Shown here: in pieces, positions 58,526 to 64,000 of the stretch
Layout: each line of letters opens with the position of its first letter
Numbering within the stretch: position 1 is the first letter of the stretch
Assembly (NCBI GenBank): GCA_044222475.1
Contig: JBGANF010000014.1
Coordinates: forward strand, 1 to 64,000
Reading direction: 5' to 3'
DNA: 64,000 nt
Origin: Polyangiaceae bacterium
Lineage (GTDB): Bacteria; Myxococcota_A; Polyangia; Polyangiales; Polyangiaceae
The notes under the pieces: generated by a model
The model's input: the letters and a program-made list of their open reading frames with translations, nothing else
Database searches by the model: none
What the model was told of the DNA's origin: nothing
Translations under genes and position numbers: made by a program

Positions 58526-59073
58526 CGGTAGAGGCCCCGCTCGCGGATCCGGGTGAGCACCGCGCGTGGGACGAGGTTCCGGATCTCGTCGAAGCGGCCC
58601 TCGGCGATGCACTGGCGTACGTGCGTCGACGAGATCTCGGGGAGGAGCGGCCTGGGGGCACCGGCCGCGTCGACGCCAGCCCGGCCGAGCACGATCGGTG
58701 GCGCGATCCGCTGCACCTCGTCGAAGCGGTACCACTTGTGGGCTTCGAGGAGGATGTCGGCGCCGAGGACGAGTCGCATCGACCAGTCCGGGTGCGCGGC
58801 GCGGAGGTGCTCGAGCGTGCGCAGCGTGCGGCTGTCGCCGGCGAGCTCTTCTTCGACGCGCGACACCGAGACGCCGGGGATCCACTCCATCGCGAGGCGG
58901 CAGAGCTCGACGCGATCGTCGAACGGCGCGAGCGGCTTGGCGAACGGGTGCTGGTACGTCGGGACGACGAGGACCTCGTCGACGTCCTCCGTCGAGCGCA
59001 CGGCCGTGACGGCGAGGACGTGGGCGAGGTGGGGCGGGTTGAAGCTCCCGCCGAAGATCGCGACGGTCTTCAT
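58522..59073 (-). CDS. nadD: Nicotinate-nucleotide adenylyltransferase
   Basis: FGGSFNPPHLAH, LGAD, W, ISST. Confidence 0.9.
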   Translation of the reverse strand: MKTVAIFGGSFNPPHLAHVLAVTAVRSTEDVDEVLVVPTYQHPFAKPLAPFDDRVELCRLAMEWIPGVSVSRVEEELAGDSRTLRTLEHLRAAHPDWSMRLVLGADILLEAHKWYRFDEVQRIAPPIVLGRAGVDAAGAPRPLLPEISSTHVRQCIAEGRFDEIRNLVPRAVLTRIRERGLYR

Positions 59074-59669
59074 GGCGAGCCGAACCTCGCGGTCTCGGGG
59101 AAGAGGATCATGCCGCGCAGGACCTCGCGCTGCTCGAGGTCGAACACGACGAGGGTGATGTCCTCGCCGGTCTCCAACATGGCGATGCCGGCGCCGTGAC
59201 CGAGCCGCCCCGGCGAGAGGTGGTAGCGGCCGTCGCGCTCCTCGAAGCTGGCCTCGTCGCCGTCGCCGGTGACGACGACGAGCGCGTGAGCGAGATCGTC
59301 GTCGTCGATGACGGCGCCTTCGCTCGCCATCACCATGGCGACGTCGCCGATCGACTCGAAGCTTCGCGGGTTGTCTTCGGGAAGGCTGACGAGCGCGCGG
59401 AGTCGCATCCGTTGGCGCTCCGTGGCGACGAACTCGTCGAGCTCGTGCGCTTTGCCCGAGATCGCCACGGCGGCGGCTCGGCTCCACGCGCCCTCGTCGG
59501 TCGGGTCGTCGCCCACGAGGCGGTGGGCCCAGCGGACGACGCACTCGTCGAGGGCCCCGTCGTCGCCGAGGTAGACGACCCGGGCGACGTTCTGATCGAG
59601 GAGGAACGTCGCCGCGCGCTCGAGGACGTCGAGATCTCCGTCCGAGGGGCCGAGAAAGCCGATGCGCAC
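59070..59669 (-). CDS. Hypothetical protein with degenerate metallophosphoesterase-like fold
   Basis: RIGFLG, VVYLGD, LSPG pattern; ATGA-type overlap with nadD. Confidence 0.65.
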   Translation of the reverse strand: MRIGFLGPSDGDLDVLERAATFLLDQNVARVVYLGDDGALDECVVRWAHRLVGDDPTDEGAWSRAAAVAISGKAHELDEFVATERQRMRLRALVSLPEDNPRSFESIGDVAMVMASEGAVIDDDDLAHALVVVTGDGDEASFEERDGRYHLSPGRLGHGAGIAMLETGEDITLVVFDLEQREVLRGMILFPETARFGSP

Positions 59670-59794
59670 CGCGAGGAGAGTACCAGACCTCCTCGCACGC
59701 GTTGACGTTGACGTTGACGTTGACGTTGACGTTGACGTTGACCTGGACGGCGACGGCGACGACCCCGCGCACCCCCCGTCGCCGTCGCCGTCGC

Positions 59795-61107
59795 TGAGCA
59801 ACCCGGAACATAGGTGACGTTTTAGACCGGGCACATGGGTGACACTTTTTCCGATCCGCATATCAACCGTAGATCAAAGCGAATTTCGCAGCCTCGAGCG
59901 TGAGCAGCGACTTGGTGCTCAGGTCGCACACGCCAAGATCAATCCCCGCGTAGGAGACGAGCCAGCGGCGATCGTCGAGCTCGCGAAGGCCGACGTGGAG
60001 CCCAGCAAGGGCCGAACTGAGAAAGATGTTGGCGCGCGTCTTCGGTCCACCTCCGAAGTAGATGTGACCGCTCGACCTGACGACACGAACTTCGTCATGC
60101 AGCGGGTAAGTCGGTCGCTTGGCGACATAGGCGCGCGTTGAGGGCTGGTAGTGCCTCGCTGGCGGAGTCTGCTCGAGTGCTTCGTGCGGCCGCTGCTGGT
60201 TGTAGATCTCTCCGAACCGGTCGAACCGTTCCTGTTGCGCCAGCATCGACTTCGCCGCTGGACGCGTTGTTTCCGCCTTGAGCGTGCGGTGCATGCGCTC
60301 GTGACGACCGTTCTGCTCAGGATGACCGGGCTCGATTCGCTCGTGTTTGACCCCAAGAGCGAGCCAGCGAGCCGAGAGCTTCGAGATGCCACAAAGGCCG
60401 CGCGACGCGAACGGACTGCCGTTGTCACTGCGAATGGCGAGAGGCACGCCGTAGCGGCGAAATGCTTGCTCTAGCTGAACCCAGACGAGCTCCCCGTCGA
60501 TCCGGTCCATGCCTTCACACACGAGCAGAAAGCGGTTGTGCGCGTCGGTGACGGTGAGCGGATAGCAGTAGTTGCCGTTGCTCATCTTGAACTGACCCTT
60601 GAAGTCGATGCACCAAAGGTCGTTCGCCTGCGTCGGGGTGGAGAGCGCGTCGATGGATGCATCAACTCTCCGGCGACGCCTTCTGCGGCTGCAGCAGCCC
60701 CCGGCTTCCTGAGCAGCTCGCCGATCGTGCTCGCTGCGGGGCACCGAATCTTCTCGTGCTCAAGCAACCACACGCGCAACTTTCCGTGGGCCCCAAGTCG
60801 GGTGCTTCGTCCGCAGCGCCACCACGCGGTCGACGACCTCTGCGCTCGTACGGTGCGGATGTGCGCAGGAGCACTCTTGACGTCGTACAGGCCGACGACG
60901 CTCTGCTCCGTGTATCTCGCAAGTATCTTGTAGCCGGTCTTGCGGCTGATCCCGAACTCACGACACAGGTCGGTCATTCGTTCTCTCCAGGCGAACCACA
61001 AACAGCATTCTCTCGTGCACGTGACAGGTCTCTTTCCAGGGCATCGCCCCGCACAGGTGTCACCTATGTGCCCGGTCTGTCTTGTTACCTAGGTACCCGG
61101 TCTGAAC
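59795..61107 (-). mobile_element. IS481-family insertion sequence (decayed)
   Basis: About 51-bp imperfect terminal inverted repeats (59795-59845 and 61057-61107), each with two internal ACCGGGCACATAGGTGAC-like units; exact ends uncertain by 1-2 bp. Confidence 0.85.
59863..61044 (-). pseudogene. IS481 transposase, multiply frameshifted
   Basis: MPWKET start at 61044; LCREFGISRKTGYK HTH, WCIDFKG, SDNGSPF, QNGRHERMHRTLK and RPHEAL are spread over several frames. Confidence 0.88.
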
Positions 61108-61216
61108 CCGCCGTCGCCGTCAACGATCACGATCACGTCAACGTCAACGTGAACGTCGACGAAGGGGCAACCGATGCTCTCTTGCCGCCCGTCGCTTGGA
61201 GCGCTAGCCATGGTGC

Positions 61217-62485
61217 GTGGCTCGCCGGGACGAACGATCGCTCAAGAACCCGGTTCCGATCACCTTCGACGGCGAGGAGATCCTCGCCGAGCAGGGCGAG
61301 CCGATCGCCGCGACGCTGATCGCCGCCGGTCACGTGGCGCTCGCGCGCAGCCCCAAGTTCCATCGCCCGCGCGGGCCCGCGTGCATGCGGGCGGCATGCG
61401 ATGGTTGCCTCGCGCGCGTCGACGGCGTGCCCAACGTGATGACGTGCCTCGCCCCGGCCGAGAAAGGCACGCGCGTCGAGTCGCAGAACACGCTCGGTCC
61501 GCGCGACCTCGATCTGTTGCGCATGACGGATTGGTTCTTCCCGAAGGGCATGAACCACCACGAGCTCTTCGCCGGCGTTCCGGGCGTGCAGCGCGTGATG
61601 CAGGTGTTCGCGCGGCGCGTCGCGGGGTTGGGGAAGCTCCCTGGAGATGCGGCGCCGCCGCGTCCGGCGGAGCGGACCCGCGACGACGTGCTGGTGGTGG
61701 GGTCCGGTCCCGGCGGGATGGCGGTCGCATCGGCGTTCGCGGCGCGGGGGCGGAAGGTGCGCGTGATCGACGACGCGCTCGAGTGGGGAGGGGGCGCGCG
61801 CGCGCTGCCGCGTGCGGCGTTCGAGACGATCGCGACGCCGTTCGCCGAGCTCGTCGCGGATGGCGCCGTGCGCTTCGATGCGCGCACGACGGCGTGTGCC
61901 GTCTATGGGGACGACGTGCTCGTGGTCGGTCCCGAAGGCGCCGAGGTCGCGAGCGCGAAGACGCTGGTGCTCGCTGCCGGGGCGCACGACGGCGTGCTCG
62001 CGTTCGACGGCAACGACGTGCCCGGCGTGATGAGCGCGCGCGCGGCGGGTTTCCTCGCGCAGCGATCGATCGTGCCGGGCAAGCGCGTCGTCGTGTGTCG
62101 CGCGCCGGGAAGCGACGGAGTGTTCGGCGAAGCGTTCGCGCGGACGGTGCGCGACCGCGGGCTCGACTGCGAGGTGACGGTGCTCGAAGGCGAGCCGGTC
62201 GTCGCGCGGGGGACATCGCGGGTGAAGGAGGTCTCGGTGCGCGAGGGGGCGACGGTGCGCGCGCTGTCGGCGGACGCGTTTCTGGTCGATGCGCCGCGAG
62301 CGCCGGCGTACGAGCTGGCGGAGCAGGCCGGTGCGGTCATCGCGTTCGCCGATGGGGCGTTTCGGATCACGGCGCCGAAGGGGAAGATCCGAGACGGAGT
62401 GCTCGTCGCGGGGGAGCTCGCCGGGGTCGCGTTCGACGCGAGGGCGCTGAAGGCGCAGGCGGACCGAGTTGCGGACTCCGCCTAG
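61217..62485 (+). CDS. 2Fe-2S/FAD oxidoreductase, sarcosine oxidase alpha-subunit-like
   Basis: RSPKFHRPRG..C....CDGC...VDG.PNV.TC; VVGSGPGG; FDGNDVPGVM. Confidence 0.85.
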   Translation: MARRDERSLKNPVPITFDGEEILAEQGEPIAATLIAAGHVALARSPKFHRPRGPACMRAACDGCLARVDGVPNVMTCLAPAEKGTRVESQNTLGPRDLDLLRMTDWFFPKGMNHHELFAGVPGVQRVMQVFARRVAGLGKLPGDAAPPRPAERTRDDVLVVGSGPGGMAVASAFAARGRKVRVIDDALEWGGGARALPRAAFETIATPFAELVADGAVRFDARTTACAVYGDDVLVVGPEGAEVASAKTLVLAAGAHDGVLAFDGNDVPGVMSARAAGFLAQRSIVPGKRVVVCRAPGSDGVFGEAFARTVRDRGLDCEVTVLEGEPVVARGTSRVKEVSVREGATVRALSADAFLVDAPRAPAYELAEQAGAVIAFADGAFRITAPKGKIRDGVLVAGELAGVAFDARALKAQADRVADSA

Positions 62486-62492
62486 GTTGCCA

Positions 62493-62903
62493 CTATTGGA
62501 AAAGGATCGCGCAACCTCGACTCGCTGCGAGGTTTGCGAGTGCTCGTAGCCGGACCACGAGAGGTTCGCCGTCGACGTCGAAAAAGGTCTCGAGGAGGTT
62601 CTTCGGCGCGATCCCGACCAGCTTCGCGACGTCTTTCTGCCATCCTGCCAACGCGATCGGTGGCAGGCGCGCGAGTCCGTCGGAAATGGCGTCGAGCTCC
62701 TGAATCAGTGCTCCACACTGTTCCGGTGACCACTCGCCATCGCAATCGGAGTGGAGGACGAGGATTGGAAATCGAGCTCCGCGCTGACGGTCTTCGAGGT
62801 TCTCCACGATGGCGTCGATGAAACGGCCGTAGTCGGCGTAGCTCCCGACCTCGACCCCATCGAGCTCTTCGTCGCCGTCGAACACCGCGAGGTAGAGGCC
62901 CAC
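62493..62903 (-). CDS. Immunity protein, Imm70-like
   Basis: F...I...LE....G.RFP.L motif and EL..I...L..LPP...FFD..G.PL pattern recognised by eye. Confidence 0.65.
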   Translation of the reverse strand: MGLYLAVFDGDEELDGVEVGSYADYGRFIDAIVENLEDRQRGARFPILVLHSDCDGEWSPEQCGALIQELDAISDGLARLPPIALAGWQKDVAKLVGIAPKNLLETFFDVDGEPLVVRLRALANLAASRGCAILFQ

Positions 62904-63154
62904 TAGAGCACCTCCCGCCTGAAGACGTCCCGGAATTGGTGGACGAGAAGTCTGAGAGACGGATGATAGGTGCAGCCCTTGGGCACCATCAGCACGAGGA
63001 CACGCCCCTCCTGGCGCGCCCGCAACGCGAGCAGTCGAACTTGGTACGTCGCGCGCAACGAGCGAACCTCCTTGATGAGGTAGATCTTGTTGCCCTTCTC
63101 GGCATCGGCCCGTGCGCCACGGGGAACCTGGTGGGGGGTGTATCGGAGTTGCAT
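62903..63154 (-). CDS. Small basic protein resembling the Tox-REase-7-type restriction endonuclease fold
   Basis: 83 aa; RAD...YLIKEVRSLRATYQVR...A...G..L.L.V...HPSL; TAGTG overlap with the immunity-like gene. Confidence 0.55.
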   Translation of the reverse strand: MQLRYTPHQVPRGARADAEKGNKIYLIKEVRSLRATYQVRLLALRARQEGRVLVLMVPKGCTYHPSLRLLVHQFRDVFRREVL

Positions 63155-63156
63155 GT

Positions 63157-63831
63157 CTAGGCGAACGGATTCTCGACGAGACCCGCTCGACGGAACCCGG
63201 CTCTCAGGAGCCAGGTCGAAGGTTCGTCCACCGGCGGCGGGCCCGTTCCCGGCGACCACCTCGGGACGCGCACCGCGTGGCCGAAGTGCGCGAACGTCCG
63301 CGCCGAGGAGAATGGGTCGAGAAGCGCACGATCCGGCGCGCTCACGTGGTGCGCGTGGTTGAAGAGCACGTACGCGATGGCGTGCCGCACCTCGGACGGG
63401 GTCGTCAGCGCGCGCGCGTGATAGCGCTGGCCGAGCACCGTGCCACGCTTGCGGCGCATGACGTCGCGGTTGATGCGCCGCGCGAGCCGAATCGAGAAAC
63501 CCTGCATGCGGCGCGCGAGAACGACGCGATCGTCGGCTTCGACCACGAGGTGCACGTGATTTCCTTGCACCGAGTAGTGAACGACGCGCAGCTCGCCGCG
63601 ACGCGCCTCTTCGCGCAGGGCATGCTCGACGCAACGGAAACCGCGCTGGCTCCGCAGATTCGGCGTCGTGCGCGCCATGCGCAGCGTGACGTGTACCGGG
63701 CTGCGACCCCCGTCGAACACCGGACGGGCGCGGTGGGAGATCGAGCCCTCCTTCCGCGGACGGCCGACCCCACGGCGACCTTTCGGCCGCGGCTCGTCGA
63801 ACGCGAGCGAGAGCTGACGCGAGCGCTTCAT
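63157..63831 (-). CDS. REP-associated/IS200-like HUH Y1 tyrosine transposase (RAYT-like)
   Basis: PVHVTLR, YSVQGNHVHLVVEA (HUH), RYHAR.L, AIAYVLFN (catalytic Tyr), DPFSS. Confidence 0.88.
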   Translation of the reverse strand: MKRSRQLSLAFDEPRPKGRRGVGRPRKEGSISHRARPVFDGGRSPVHVTLRMARTTPNLRSQRGFRCVEHALREEARRGELRVVHYSVQGNHVHLVVEADDRVVLARRMQGFSIRLARRINRDVMRRKRGTVLGQRYHARALTTPSEVRHAIAYVLFNHAHHVSAPDRALLDPFSSARTFAHFGHAVRVPRWSPGTGPPPVDEPSTWLLRAGFRRAGLVENPFA

Positions 63832-63893
63832 GAATTATGGCATATATTAACGACGGAATGGCGCCGACGCAAGGCGCCTCGCACGCTTTTGGA

Positions 63894-64000
63894 CTACGGG
63901 GAGGGCGTTGGAGGCGGATGCCGTTCCCACGCGGACGTTCGCGTCGGTCGTGAAGCTCGCCATCCGAGCGGGAGGTCCGCAAGCTCCGCGATGCTCGGGT
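63894..64000 (-). CDS. 3' end of a probable DUF2185/Imm33-like protein (truncated by window edge)
   Basis: Manual translation PSIAELADLPLGWRASRPTRTSAWERHPPPTPSP*; LADLP.GW.A.R....W.R pattern. Confidence 0.5.
   Translation of the reverse strand, partial: PSIAELADLPLGWRASRPTRTSAWERHPPPTPSP

Larger units (their letters stand above)
59701..61160. repeat. Hexamer-repeat hairpin interrupted by IS481
   Basis: (GTTGAC)7 CTGGAC (GGCGAC)2 - loop - (GTCGCC)n, then the IS, then GTCGCC GTCAAC GATCAC GATCAC GTCAAC GTCAAC GTGAAC GTCGAC. Confidence 0.75.

Overview
High-GC (~70% by eye) bacterial chromosome segment with myxobacterial character (Polyangiales-like, inferred from kinase-AAA-TPR proteins, FHA-GGDEF and FHA-DUF4388 proteins, a TPR-containing sigma-54 activator and Cys-rich lipoproteins). 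It holds about 55 CDSs, including hisD, fhs, nadD and a kdd-like gene, plus tRNA-Pro(TGG), an intact IS4/IS50-type element and a decayed IS481. Most interesting: (i) a cluster at the right end with an immunity-like fragment, a REP-associated Y1 transposase (RAYT), a small REase-fold toxin-like ORF and an Imm70-like gene, the last three almost abutting; (ii) both IS elements sit inside palindromic repeat elements, and the IS4 has a clean 9-bp target duplication inside a REP hairpin; (iii) a dispersed GAATTGTTAGCCGGCAG motif, present as an inverted pair upstream of a sigma-54 promoter/MarR gene and as a 3x tandem array 8 kb away; (iv) a TPR sigma-54 activator followed by a small lipoprotein with a duplicated DPDPSPW motif; (v) a stand-alone double PARP zinc-finger protein; (vi) frequent leaderless-type promoters. 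Family calls come from recognising motifs by eye; no database searches were run.
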